Assembly: GCA_965205015.1 (NCBI GenBank)
Contig: OZ242029.1
Coordinates: 4,064,001 to 4,128,000 of the forward strand
Source: Candidatus Poribacteria bacterium
Lineage (GTDB): Bacteria; Poribacteria; WGA-4E; WGA-3G
Length of the DNA stretch: 64,000 bases
Direction: 5' to 3'
In this document: in pieces, positions 8,912 through 18,955 of the stretch
How positions within the stretch are numbered: position 1 is the first letter of the stretch
Layout: each line of letters opens with the position of its first letter
Notes under the pieces: generated by a model
What the model was told of the DNA's origin: nothing
Databases searched by the model: none
Seen by the model: the letters and a program-made list of their open reading frames with translations, nothing else
Position numbers and translations under genes: made by a program

Positions 8912-11434
8912 GTGAAACACTCTCTTTCCCTCATCTATTTGCTGTCTGTTGTTTCGGTTTTGTACCTATCAACAAATTTTGGGTTACGAACCGCTGTGGC
9001 AGTGCCAAACAGTGCGTACATGGCGTTACCAGAAGGTGCCCGCGCTCGCCTCGGAAAGGGGATTATTCGTGGGATCGCATACACACCAGACGGAAACCAT
9101 CTCATCGTATCAAGCTCCATTGGTACTTGGACTTACGATGCTCACACTGGAGAGGCACTCGACCTGTTCAACGCGTATCCATTGACGGGGGACATCTCAG
9201 GCTTGAGCTCCGATGGCAGTAGGATCGCAATTGGAAGTCGGGATCACACGGTAGCACTGTGGGATCTCACCACTCGCCAACAGAAATCAAATCTAATAGG
9301 ACACACGGGTCCTATTTATAGGATGGCGTTCAGTTCGGATGGCAAAACATTCGCAAGCGGTAGCTGGGATAAGACAGTGCGGTTGTGGGACATTGACACT
9401 GGGCAACACTTAACCACCTTCGGTGGGAATACAGATGATGTCAGACTTGCTGCCTTCAGTCCTGATGGGAAAACGCTTGCAATTGGAGGCGAAAGTGGCA
9501 CAATACATCTGTGGGATATTGACAGTGGAAAACGCAAGGCAACCCTCAAAGAACATATCAGAAGTATCTCAGCACTCGCCTTCAGCTCGGATGGGAAAAC
9601 GCTCGCAAGTGTGAGTTCCCAAGAAAACAACGTGGAGTTGTGGCATGCAGTCACAGGGGAACACATACAGACACTCAAAACAGAAGGCGGAATCTCTTCT
9701 TTAGCATTTAGTCCGGACAGCCGGACCCTCGCAGGTAGCAGGGGGGCAGATTTACGGCTATGGGACGTTGCCAGTGGCACGCAAAAAGTTGCGTTCACGG
9801 GACATATAGAGCGGATCACTTCAATTGTCTTCAGTCCGGATGGGCACACAATGGCAAGTGGCGGGTACGACGAGTTATATCTGTGGGACAGTGTCACCGG
9901 TGCGCAAAAAGGAACGATTACCGGACATACAATAGGTGGGTCTGGATTTGCCCTCAGTCCGGACGGTCGAACCGTTGCAACTGGAAGCATAGAAAAGATC
10001 CGCTTGTGGGACACCGTCACTCTATCCCAAAAAGCAATACTCTTTGAGGACAGATGGGGGAATACGAGCTTAGCCTTCAACCCGGATGGACGCACACTCG
10101 CAAGTGAAATTGACTGGAACATACGGTTCTGGAATGTTGCGACTGAAACACACAAGTCAATCCTCAAAGCGTATATCGGAAGAAGTACCAGCGGCGTGAA
10201 ATCGAGCGGACGCCCAATAGCCTTTAGTCCAGACGGACGTTTCTTTGCAAGCGGAAACAGTCAAACGACGATACAGCTCTGGCTCGCCGATGGGCGCACA
10301 CATATAGCCACACTTTCTGGGCATGTATTAGGTGTCACCGCAATCGCTTTCAGCCCCGATAGCCGGACCCTTGCCAGTGGGAGTGAGGACGATTCCGTCC
10401 GGATATGGGATGTTAACACCAAAACGCACATAGCGACACTTACTGGGCACACAGACCGAATTCAGGCCGTCGCGTTTCGTCCGGATGGGAAAATTCTCGC
10501 CAGTGCAAGCTGGGATCAAACAATAAGACTCTGGGATACAATGACGGGTGAACACATACGAACGCTTGTTGGGCATACAGGTTGGATTACAGGAGTTGTG
10601 TTCAGTTGGGACGGGAAAACCCTCGCCAGTGGTGGTGGTCCGAATGACGGCACTGTCCGGTTATGGGATGTTGACACCGGTATACACAAAGCAACGTTTC
10701 CCATACAAACCTACGCGATTTCAGGTGTTAGCTTCAGTCCTGATGGCACTACGCTCCTAACTGGGAGTTCCGATGGAACAGTGCTGCTATGGGATTTCAC
10801 ACCAGCAACAGATACAACCGTAAAACGTGAAGACGTAAATCGGGATGGTGTGGTGAACGACCACGATCTAACTTTTGTTGCTTCGCGTTTCGGACAATCG
10901 GGGGCGAATGACGCCGATGTGAACGCGGACAGCATGGTCAACATCGTGGACCTCGTTCTGGTTGCTGGTTCACTTGGTGCCGGAGATAGCGCTCCTGCCG
11001 TACATTCCAAGATGAGAGAGATGTTCACCGCGGCGGACGTGCAGTTGTGGCTAACGCATGCGCAGCAAGTTAGCAGCACAACGCCTACTTTCCAGAGAGG
11101 CATCGCAATTCTTGAACGTCTGTTGGTAGCACTGTCCCCAGAAGAGACGGTGCTGCTGCCTAACTACCCAAATCCATTCAATCCAGAGACGTGGATACCC
11201 TATCAACTTTCAAAGCCTGCAGAAGTCACCGTGCATATCTATACGGCAAACGGAACACTGGTACGGACACTCGGATTGGGATACAAACCCACAGGAAGAT
11301 ATCAGGACCGAAAAGCCGCAGCGTATTGGGATGGGAAAAATTCTTTCGGTGAACCTGTCGCAAGCGGTGTCTATTTCTACGCGCTGTCTGCGGGTGAGTT
11401 CACGGCTACACGACGAATGGTAATCAGGAAGTAA
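8912..11434 (+). CDS. Secreted WD40-repeat protein with dockerin-like EF-hand and T9SS/FlgD-like CTD (type A)
   Basis: GTG 8912 after CAGGAGG gives a signal peptide; many GH...FSPDG..LAS...WD repeats; EDVNRDGVVN/DVNADSMVNIVDL; NYPNPFNPETWIPYQL...YWDG..RRMVIRK. Confidence 0.9.
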   Translation: MKHSLSLIYLLSVVSVLYLSTNFGLRTAVAVPNSAYMALPEGARARLGKGIIRGIAYTPDGNHLIVSSSIGTWTYDAHTGEALDLFNAYPLTGDISGLSSDGSRIAIGSRDHTVALWDLTTRQQKSNLIGHTGPIYRMAFSSDGKTFASGSWDKTVRLWDIDTGQHLTTFGGNTDDVRLAAFSPDGKTLAIGGESGTIHLWDIDSGKRKATLKEHIRSISALAFSSDGKTLASVSSQENNVELWHAVTGEHIQTLKTEGGISSLAFSPDSRTLAGSRGADLRLWDVASGTQKVAFTGHIERITSIVFSPDGHTMASGGYDELYLWDSVTGAQKGTITGHTIGGSGFALSPDGRTVATGSIEKIRLWDTVTLSQKAILFEDRWGNTSLAFNPDGRTLASEIDWNIRFWNVATETHKSILKAYIGRSTSGVKSSGRPIAFSPDGRFFASGNSQTTIQLWLADGRTHIATLSGHVLGVTAIAFSPDSRTLASGSEDDSVRIWDVNTKTHIATLTGHTDRIQAVAFRPDGKILASASWDQTIRLWDTMTGEHIRTLVGHTGWITGVVFSWDGKTLASGGGPNDGTVRLWDVDTGIHKATFPIQTYAISGVSFSPDGTTLLTGSSDGTVLLWDFTPATDTTVKREDVNRDGVVNDHDLTFVASRFGQSGANDADVNADSMVNIVDLVLVAGSLGAGDSAPAVHSKMREMFTAADVQLWLTHAQQVSSTTPTFQRGIAILERLLVALSPEETVLLPNYPNPFNPETWIPYQLSKPAEVTVHIYTANGTLVRTLGLGYKPTGRYQDRKAAAYWDGKNSFGEPVASGVYFYALSAGEFTATRRMVIRK

Positions 11435-11507
11435 TCGGTTGCCAGTCGTCAGTTATCGGTTAAGAGGTTTTCAATTACCCAACCTATCTCTTAATCGACA
11501 AGCGATA
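11435..11507. repeat. Heptamer-based palindromic intergenic repeat
   Basis: TCGGTTGCCAGTCGTCAGTTATCGGTTAAGAG...CTCTTAATCGACA; same family as spacers at 55.9-63.3 kb. Confidence 0.65.
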
Positions 11508-11511
11508 CCTA

Positions 11512-11630
11512 TTATAGTAAAGTTTAGAATTAATTAGACACTTTAAAGAGGCGAGGATACAATCCTCGCCAGCGGCGGAGAGGATTGTTTCGCTAAGCAA
11601 CTGTCTACATATTTTTCGACTTTACTATAA
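11512..11630. mobile_element. MITE-like element with 12-bp TIR TTATAGTAAAGT carrying a GGCGAGG hairpin
   Basis: TTATAGTAAAGT ... ACTTTACTATAA perfect inverted ends; interior GGCGAGGAT-aca-ATCCTCGCC. Confidence 0.65.
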
Positions 11631-11646
11631 AACAGGAGCAGAACCC

Positions 11647-13899
11647 ATGAAAGTCAAACTGTTGCCGATCATAACGCTACTTATGGTTCCAATCCTATTT
11701 TTAAAAAATATCTCCGCTCAGGATTACAGACAGTGGGGATTACCGACGGGTGCCAAAACACGCTTCGGAAAAGGCTGGATATCCGGTAATATCGCATTTT
11801 CACCCGATAATAACCTACTCGCTGTAGGCGCTGCTATTGGGATTTGGATTTACGATGCACAAACGGGTAAGGAACTGAAACTACTCACGGGGCATACAGA
11901 TGTCGTCCGTAGTGTTGCGTTCAGCCCTGATGGAAAAACGCTCGCAAGTAGTGGCGGTTATGACGACCCCACAGTGCGTCTGTGGGATGTCGCCACTGGG
12001 AAGCACAAAACGACCTTCACTGGGCATACGAGTTGGATTGGCAGTGTCGCCTTCAGTCCGGACGGCCACACACTGGCGAGCACTGGAGGATATGGGGATG
12101 GGACGGTGCGGCTATGGGATGTCACCACTGGAAAACATAAAGCAACATTCATCGGACATGCGGATAGTGTTAACAGTGTCGCCTTCAGTCCGGACGGAAA
12201 AATGCTCGCAAGCGGTGGAGATTACGATGACGACTCACCGCAATTAGACACCTCATTACAATTGTGGGATGTCGCGACTGGCGAACACATAATTACACTC
12301 ACTGGACATACAGGGGATATCGGGGCTATCGCCTTTAGTCCGGACGGGAAGACGCTCGCAGCGGGTTGCAGATGGACAGATGAAGCGATCCGATTATGGG
12401 ATGTTAGCACCGGTGAATTGAAAGCAACACTCACCGGACATACGGGGGGCATCAATCACGTTGGCTTCAGTCTTGATGGCAAAACGCTCGCAAGTGCAAG
12501 TGATGATGGCACGGTCTGTCTGTGGGATGTTGTAACCGGAACTTACAAAACCACGCTCGTTGCGCATACAGATGCCGTTAGCAGCGTTGCTTTTAGTTCG
12601 GATGGATACCAACTCGCAAGTGGTAGTTTGGACGGTACCGTGCGGCTATGGGATGCGGTGAGTCTACATCAGAACAGAGTGATTACCGGACATCTGACAG
12701 ATATTTCCTGTATCGCCTTTAGTCCGGACGGTCGCACGCTTGCGACAGGAGGTTGGGATCAAAAAGCGCGATTGTGGGACATCGCCACCGGTAATACCAA
12801 ACTTACCCTCGTTGGACATATCGGCAAAATTGAGTCGGTTGCTTTCAGTCCAGATGGTACGACACTCGCCACTGCCGGAGGTTCCGATGACCCTACAGTG
12901 AAATTCTGGGATACAACCACTGGCAGACACAAAATCACTCTCTTCGGGCATAGAAGCACTATCCATGACATTACATTCAGTCCCGATGGATACACCCTCG
13001 CAAGTACGAGTTGGGACACAAAGGTCTGTCTCTGGGACGTTGACACTGGCAATAACAAAATGACGCTGACCGGAGGGGCTAGCGAAGTCTCAAATGTCGC
13101 GTTCAGTCCGGATGGACAGATACTCGCAATCGGAGGTTGGTTAGGGATACGGTTATGGCATATCACCACCGGACCTTACAAAATCGGCGAAATAGATACA
13201 CAGTCAATCGACAGTATTGCCTTCAGTCCGGATGGAAAAACAATCGCTGGCGGAAAAAGAGATGGTACATTGACACTGTGGGATGCTTTCAACGGAGTAG
13301 AGAAAGCGACCTTCACAGGACATATAGGCGGTCGTGGGGCTGGGGTCAGCAGTGTTGTTTTTAGTATTGATGGTAGGATTCTTGCGAGTAGTGGTGGGTA
13401 TGGGGACAAAACAGTCCGTTTATGGGATGTCACAACTGCTACGCCTCATGCAACGCGCATCGGACATACGAGAGAGGTTTCAAGTGTCGCCTTCAGCCCT
13501 GATGGCACTATGCTCGCCAGTGCAAGTCGCGACGGCACAATATTACTCTGGGAATATCCGCTGCCGCAGCAAATCGCAGGAGCTCCCATGCAGCTGTTAA
13601 CCCGTGCAGAAACGTCTGTGTCGCAAAATTACCCGAACCCGTTCAATCCTGAAACGTGGATACCGTATCAATTGGCGAAGCCCGCGGAAGTCACTGTGTG
13701 TATCTATGCTGCAAATGGCACCTTGATTCGTACCTTAGTTGTCGGACACCGATCTGCTGGTAATTATCAGCAACGACACAGTGCTGTCTATTGGGATGGC
13801 AAAAATGCGAGGGGTGAACCCGTCTCAAGCGGTGTCTATTTCTATACCCTGACGGCAGGCGAGTTCACCGCCACAAAGAAAATGGTCATACGGAAATAG
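11647..13899 (+). CDS. Secreted WD40-repeat protein with CTD, no dockerin (type B)
   Basis: Signal peptide, WD40 repeats, linker WEYPLPQQIAG, QNYPNPFNPETWIPYQL CTD. Confidence 0.92.
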   Translation: MKVKLLPIITLLMVPILFLKNISAQDYRQWGLPTGAKTRFGKGWISGNIAFSPDNNLLAVGAAIGIWIYDAQTGKELKLLTGHTDVVRSVAFSPDGKTLASSGGYDDPTVRLWDVATGKHKTTFTGHTSWIGSVAFSPDGHTLASTGGYGDGTVRLWDVTTGKHKATFIGHADSVNSVAFSPDGKMLASGGDYDDDSPQLDTSLQLWDVATGEHIITLTGHTGDIGAIAFSPDGKTLAAGCRWTDEAIRLWDVSTGELKATLTGHTGGINHVGFSLDGKTLASASDDGTVCLWDVVTGTYKTTLVAHTDAVSSVAFSSDGYQLASGSLDGTVRLWDAVSLHQNRVITGHLTDISCIAFSPDGRTLATGGWDQKARLWDIATGNTKLTLVGHIGKIESVAFSPDGTTLATAGGSDDPTVKFWDTTTGRHKITLFGHRSTIHDITFSPDGYTLASTSWDTKVCLWDVDTGNNKMTLTGGASEVSNVAFSPDGQILAIGGWLGIRLWHITTGPYKIGEIDTQSIDSIAFSPDGKTIAGGKRDGTLTLWDAFNGVEKATFTGHIGGRGAGVSSVVFSIDGRILASSGGYGDKTVRLWDVTTATPHATRIGHTREVSSVAFSPDGTMLASASRDGTILLWEYPLPQQIAGAPMQLLTRAETSVSQNYPNPFNPETWIPYQLAKPAEVTVCIYAANGTLIRTLVVGHRSAGNYQQRHSAVYWDGKNARGEPVSSGVYFYTLTAGEFTATKKMVIRK

Positions 13900-13950
13900 T
13901 ATCAAATGACCATAGGAGACCCAACCGATGAAAACGATGCGACTTTCGAT
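13881..13950 (+). repeat. 70-bp gene-junction direct repeat, copy 1
   Basis: Identical to 16441-16510 except one base; contains ATGGTCAT/ATGACCAT inverted repeat, stop codon, SD and next start. Confidence 0.9.
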
Positions 13951-16459
13951 TTTGATGCCGCTTCTAATTTCAACGCTATTTTTACCAAATACTTCCGCGC
14001 AAGATTACGCACAATGGGATCTACCTGAAGGTGCCAGAACGCGCTTGGGTAAGGGACACATAGGGGAGATAGCGTATTCCCCAGATGGAAACCGCTTGGC
14101 AGTCGCCAGTAGCATCGGAATTTGGATTTACGATGCACACAGTCTTGTAGAACTTGACTTGTTCACTGGACACACAGATTCAATCACAAGCATTGCGTTC
14201 AGTCCGGATGGTAGCACCCTTGCAAGTAGCAGTTATGACAAGACAGTCCGACTGTGGGATCCTGCTACCGGTGCCCTTAAATCTATCCTCACTGGGCATA
14301 CGCACCGGATTATGAGCATAGTGTTCAGTCCGGATGGCAGTATCCTTGCGGGTGGGGGGTCAGATGATAGCGTGCACCTCTGGGATCCTGTGAAGGGTGA
14401 ACACATAACGGCACTCTCTGGGCATACCCGCCCTATCAGTACAATCGCGTTTAGTCCGGACGGAGAAACCCTCGCGAGTGGGGCTTGGGACAACACAGTG
14501 CGACTGTGGGACATCGCGACTGGAAAACAGAAATCTACCTTCATGGGGCATCCCTTCTTCGGTCAGCACACCTCTGGCATTTCTCGTGTAGCTTTCAGTG
14601 CTGATGGACAGACATTGGCGAGTGCGGCTTTCAACGAAGATGGGGTTCGTCTCTGGGATGCTGACACGGGAGAACTCGAAAGAATCCTTGAGATGGATAA
14701 AATTACAAGCCTTGCCTTCAGTCCGGACGGGAAAACACTCGCAATCACAGGGCGATACGAATTGAATCTATGGGATATTGCGAGTGGTGAACACAAAGTG
14801 GCACTCTCCGGGCACACCCGGTATGTTGGTTCCGTTGCCTTCAGTCCCGATGGTCAAACGCTCGCAAGTGAAGACGGGGAGCAAGTGTTTTTATGGGATG
14901 CGATGAGTGGTGCACAAAAGGGGGCAATTACCGGACATCTGCCAAATGGACGGCGTATCGCATTTGCCCCTGATGGCATCACGCTCGCCAGCACGGGAAA
15001 CCGACATATCGTGCATCTGTGGGATATCACCAACGGACACCACAAGGCAGCACTCATTGGCGCGAGAGTTGATGACTGGATCTCGAGTATTGCCTTCAGT
15101 CCGGACGGTCAAACGCTCGCAGGCGGAAGCGGATGGCGGATATGGCTCTGGGATATTGAAAAGAGATACCTCAAAACAGTCATCAAAGGGTTCACAGGAA
15201 GTGGTGCCTCCGGTGGAGGAATTACCGCTGTTGTGTTCAGTCCCGATGGACGCTTCTTGGCAAGTGGCAGTGGACATGGGGATAGAAAGGTACAGGTCTG
15301 GTACGGCGGTCGGACACATAAAGTGACGCTCACCGGGCATCGAGAAGGGATTACTGCTATCGCCTTCAATCGGGACAGCCGCACGCTCGCAAGTGGAAGT
15401 CAGGATCACACAGTGCGTCTGTGGGATGTTGTCAGTGGCACGCATAAAATGACGCTCACCGGACATACCGACTGGGTCAAGAGCATTGCGTTCAGTCCGG
15501 ATGGAAAACGCCTCGCGAGTGGCGGTGGACGAGATGACAAAACAGTACGGCTCTGGGATGCTGCTACGGGTGCACACGAAATCACACTGATAGGACACAT
15601 AGACAGTGTTGAAAGTGTTGCGTTCAGTCCGGATGGGAAGACCCTCGCGAGCGGCGGCGGTGGGCGAGATGGCAAAACAGTACGGCTCTGGGATATTGAC
15701 ACAGGTATTCACAAAAAGACGCTCGCCGGACATACGGACGCTGTCTCAAGTGTCGTATTCAGCCCAGACGGTCGCACACTCGCAAGCGGCAGTTGGGATG
15801 GCACGGTGATACTATGGGATTTTACATCTGAAGTAGAAATGCAGCGACTTGCTGAGGACGTAAACCGCGACGGCGTGGTAAACCTACAAGATTTGAGAAT
15901 CGTCGCATCGCAGTTCGGGCAGCACGAAACAAATGATGCGGATGTCAACGCCGATGGCGTTGTGAACATCGTGGATCTCGTTCTGGTCGCTGGGGCATTC
16001 GAGGTGGGAGGGGGCGCGCCGGATGCACATTCTAAAACGATAGAGATGTTCACCGCAGCAGATGTCCAAGCGTGGCTAACAAATGCACGGCACGTCTACA
16101 ATCCAACGCCCGCTTTTCAGAGAGGGGTCGCTATTCTTGAAGGTCTGTTGGTAGCACTGACTCCAAAAGAAACCGTGCTCCTGCCAAACTATCCGAACCC
16201 GTTCAATCCGGAGACATGGATACCGTATCAGTTGGCAAAGCCTGCGGAAGTTACTGTAGATATCTATACGTCAAACGGAATACGGGTGCGAACACTCGCA
16301 TTGGGATATAAACCTGCCGGCATCTATCATCATCGGAGCCGCGCAGTCTATTGGGACGGGAAAAATGAGGTCGGTGAACAGGTGGCAAGTGGTATCTATT
16401 TCTGCACACTCTCTGTAGGACAATCCGCAATGACACGAAGAATGGTCATACGGAAATAG
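13928..16459 (+). CDS. Secreted WD40-repeat protein with dockerin-like EF-hand and CTD (type A)
   Basis: Same architecture as 8912..11434. Confidence 0.92.
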   Translation: MKTMRLSILMPLLISTLFLPNTSAQDYAQWDLPEGARTRLGKGHIGEIAYSPDGNRLAVASSIGIWIYDAHSLVELDLFTGHTDSITSIAFSPDGSTLASSSYDKTVRLWDPATGALKSILTGHTHRIMSIVFSPDGSILAGGGSDDSVHLWDPVKGEHITALSGHTRPISTIAFSPDGETLASGAWDNTVRLWDIATGKQKSTFMGHPFFGQHTSGISRVAFSADGQTLASAAFNEDGVRLWDADTGELERILEMDKITSLAFSPDGKTLAITGRYELNLWDIASGEHKVALSGHTRYVGSVAFSPDGQTLASEDGEQVFLWDAMSGAQKGAITGHLPNGRRIAFAPDGITLASTGNRHIVHLWDITNGHHKAALIGARVDDWISSIAFSPDGQTLAGGSGWRIWLWDIEKRYLKTVIKGFTGSGASGGGITAVVFSPDGRFLASGSGHGDRKVQVWYGGRTHKVTLTGHREGITAIAFNRDSRTLASGSQDHTVRLWDVVSGTHKMTLTGHTDWVKSIAFSPDGKRLASGGGRDDKTVRLWDAATGAHEITLIGHIDSVESVAFSPDGKTLASGGGGRDGKTVRLWDIDTGIHKKTLAGHTDAVSSVVFSPDGRTLASGSWDGTVILWDFTSEVEMQRLAEDVNRDGVVNLQDLRIVASQFGQHETNDADVNADGVVNIVDLVLVAGAFEVGGGAPDAHSKTIEMFTAADVQAWLTNARHVYNPTPAFQRGVAILEGLLVALTPKETVLLPNYPNPFNPETWIPYQLAKPAEVTVDIYTSNGIRVRTLALGYKPAGIYHHRSRAVYWDGKNEVGEQVASGIYFCTLSVGQSAMTRRMVIRK

Positions 16460-16510
16460 TATCAAATGACCATAGGAGACCCAACCGATGAAAATGATGC
16501 GACTTTCGAT
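16441..16510 (+). repeat. 70-bp gene-junction direct repeat, copy 2
   Basis: Matches 13881-13950, 2560 bp apart. Confidence 0.9.
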
Positions 16511-18704
16511 CTTAACGCTACTTACGGTTTTAGCCCTATTTTTACAAAATACGTCTCCCGAGGAGTACACGCAATGGCATCTGCCTGAAAGCGCGAAAGC
16601 ACGGCTCGGAAAGGGTAGAATATCGGGCAATATCGCCTTTTCGCCCGATAGTAAGCTGCTCGCCGTTTCAAGCTCCATCGGGATCTGGATTTACGACATT
16701 CATACAAGGGAAGAGGTGAATCTGCTCACGGGGCATACAAGCCATGTTGAGAGTATTGCGTTCAGTCCAGATGGGAGCACGCTTGCGAGTGCGAGTGACG
16801 ACCATACAGTACAGGTGTGGGACGTTGCCACTGGCACACACAAAATGACCCTTATGGGACATACTTCCTGGGTTGGCAGTGTCGTTTTCAGTCCAGATGG
16901 ACAAACGCTCGCAAGTGGTGCAGGATATTGGGATAATCGGCTGCAGCTCTGGGATGTTGCTACGGGCGAACCCAAAGTCGATCCTATCAAGTTTACAAGT
17001 GCCGTTGATGCTATTGCGTTCAGTCCTGATGGACATCTACTCGCAAGTGCAAGTGACGGAATCGTGCATCTGTGGGATACGACCACTCTTGAAATCGAGA
17101 CAACCTTCGCCACAGATATAAATGATGAACGTACGGGTGATGTTAATTCAGTCGCCTTCAGTCCGGATGGCAATATTCTCGCAACCGGGAATTGGGACAC
17201 CACCGTGTCTCTATGGAGTGTTTCAACAGGTGAACGCAAAACTACACTGACTGGACATGTCGGGAGCATCAGTAGTGTTGCGTTCAGTCCGGATGGCACC
17301 ACCCTCGCCAGTGGGGGCGGGTGGAAAGATAGTACAGTGTGTCTGTGGGATGTGGCTACCGGTGCCTACAAAACCACTCTCACCGCACATACACATGAGA
17401 TCCTCAGCGTTGCGTTCAGCCCCGATGGGCGCCTGCTTGCGAGTGCAAGTTCAGATGGTACAGTGCGATTATGGGATGCCCTCAGCTACGATCAGAAGGG
17501 GGTGCTCACAGAGCATATAGTAGAAATTGAGGGTATCTCCTTTAGTCCGGATGGCACCACCCTCGCCAGTGCCGGAGGGTGGGACAAAAAGGTATACCTG
17601 TGGGATATCGCCAGTAGAAAACCCAAAGCCCCTCTTGTCGGTCATACCAATTTCGTTACATCAGTCGCTTTCAGTCCGGATGGACAAACGATCGCAAGTG
17701 GTGGCAGCTGGGATGATGAGACGGTACGATTGTGGGATGCCGTCAGTGGGAAACTCAAAATGATACTCACTGGACATAGACAAGGGGTCAGGAGTATTGC
17801 GTTTAGTCCTGATAGCCGTCTGCTCGCGAGTACCGGCAGCGGCGAAAAGGTGCGTCTGTGGGAGGCTGTTACCGGCTATCACTACGCCACATTTCTTGGG
17901 CATATAGATAGTGTTGCAAGTGTCAGGTTCAGTCCCGACGGGCAAATCCTCGCAAGCGCGGGCGGACAGCAGGACCAGACAGTACGACTGTGGAATGTTA
18001 TCAATAGACAACACGTGGCTACCCTCCGCGCACGCACACGGAGCCTCGCGTTCAGCCCCGATGGGAAAACCCTCGCCACTGGGTGGACAGACATATTATT
18101 GTGGGACGTTGCCAGCGCAATGGAGAAGGCGACACTCACAGGACCTACCGATGGGGCATTAAGTCTTGCGTTTAGCCCGGATGGCACCATCCTCGCAAGT
18201 GGCAGTTCCGACGGCACGGTGTGTTTGTGGGATGTTCCGAATGGCACGCAAGATACCACACTCCGGGGTCATATCGATGCGATCACCAGTCTTGCGTTTA
18301 GTCCCGATGGACGCACACTCGCAAGCGCGAGTCGTGATGCTACTATATTACTCTGGGAATATCCGCTGCGACAGCAAATCGCAGGAGTACCCGGGCAGCT
18401 GCTAACTCGTGCAGAAACATCTGTGTTACAAAATTATCCGAACCCGTTCAATCCGGAGACGTGGATACCTTATCAGTTGGCAAAGCCCGCGGAAGTCACT
18501 GTGTGTATCTATGCCACAAATGGCACCTTGATTCGCACGCTGGCACTCGGACACCGGTCTGCTGGCACCTACCACCAGCGGGGTGAAGCTATCTATTGGG
18601 ATGGTAAAAATGAGAAGGGTGATCCCGTCTCAAGTGGGGTCTATTTCTATACCCTGACGGCAGGCGAGTTCACCGCCACAAAGAAAATGGTGATTGTGAG
18701 GTAG
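16488..18704 (+). CDS. Secreted WD40-repeat protein with CTD, no dockerin (type B)
   Basis: Same architecture and WEYPL.QQIAG linker as 11647..13899. Confidence 0.92.
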   Translation: MKMMRLSILTLLTVLALFLQNTSPEEYTQWHLPESAKARLGKGRISGNIAFSPDSKLLAVSSSIGIWIYDIHTREEVNLLTGHTSHVESIAFSPDGSTLASASDDHTVQVWDVATGTHKMTLMGHTSWVGSVVFSPDGQTLASGAGYWDNRLQLWDVATGEPKVDPIKFTSAVDAIAFSPDGHLLASASDGIVHLWDTTTLEIETTFATDINDERTGDVNSVAFSPDGNILATGNWDTTVSLWSVSTGERKTTLTGHVGSISSVAFSPDGTTLASGGGWKDSTVCLWDVATGAYKTTLTAHTHEILSVAFSPDGRLLASASSDGTVRLWDALSYDQKGVLTEHIVEIEGISFSPDGTTLASAGGWDKKVYLWDIASRKPKAPLVGHTNFVTSVAFSPDGQTIASGGSWDDETVRLWDAVSGKLKMILTGHRQGVRSIAFSPDSRLLASTGSGEKVRLWEAVTGYHYATFLGHIDSVASVRFSPDGQILASAGGQQDQTVRLWNVINRQHVATLRARTRSLAFSPDGKTLATGWTDILLWDVASAMEKATLTGPTDGALSLAFSPDGTILASGSSDGTVCLWDVPNGTQDTTLRGHIDAITSLAFSPDGRTLASASRDATILLWEYPLRQQIAGVPGQLLTRAETSVLQNYPNPFNPETWIPYQLAKPAEVTVCIYATNGTLIRTLALGHRSAGTYHQRGEAIYWDGKNEKGDPVSSGVYFYTLTAGEFTATKKMVIVR

Positions 18705-18799
18705 GAAGAGGTTGATAACGAGGCAAATCGCATTATTTTATAACCGAAAACACATTTTTCGGAAATGTCTGTCAAGAAAAAGAATTATATGACTTTTTC

Positions 18800-18829
18800 T
18801 TGACATTTTTTTTACAAATATGTTAACAT
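18800..18829 (+). promoter_or_regulatory. Possible sigma70 promoter
   Basis: TTGACA-N18-TAACAT in an AT-rich spacer upstream of 18956. Confidence 0.4.
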
Positions 18830-18955
18830 TTTGTCAAATGAGGGCGGTAGCACTCATTTTATAACGTAGTATCAGTTCCATGATAAAATGGTCAGTGAGC
18901 TCTTATGTCTTGGAACATACAGTTTTCCATGGCATCAAAAGGAGGTATTCAAGAA

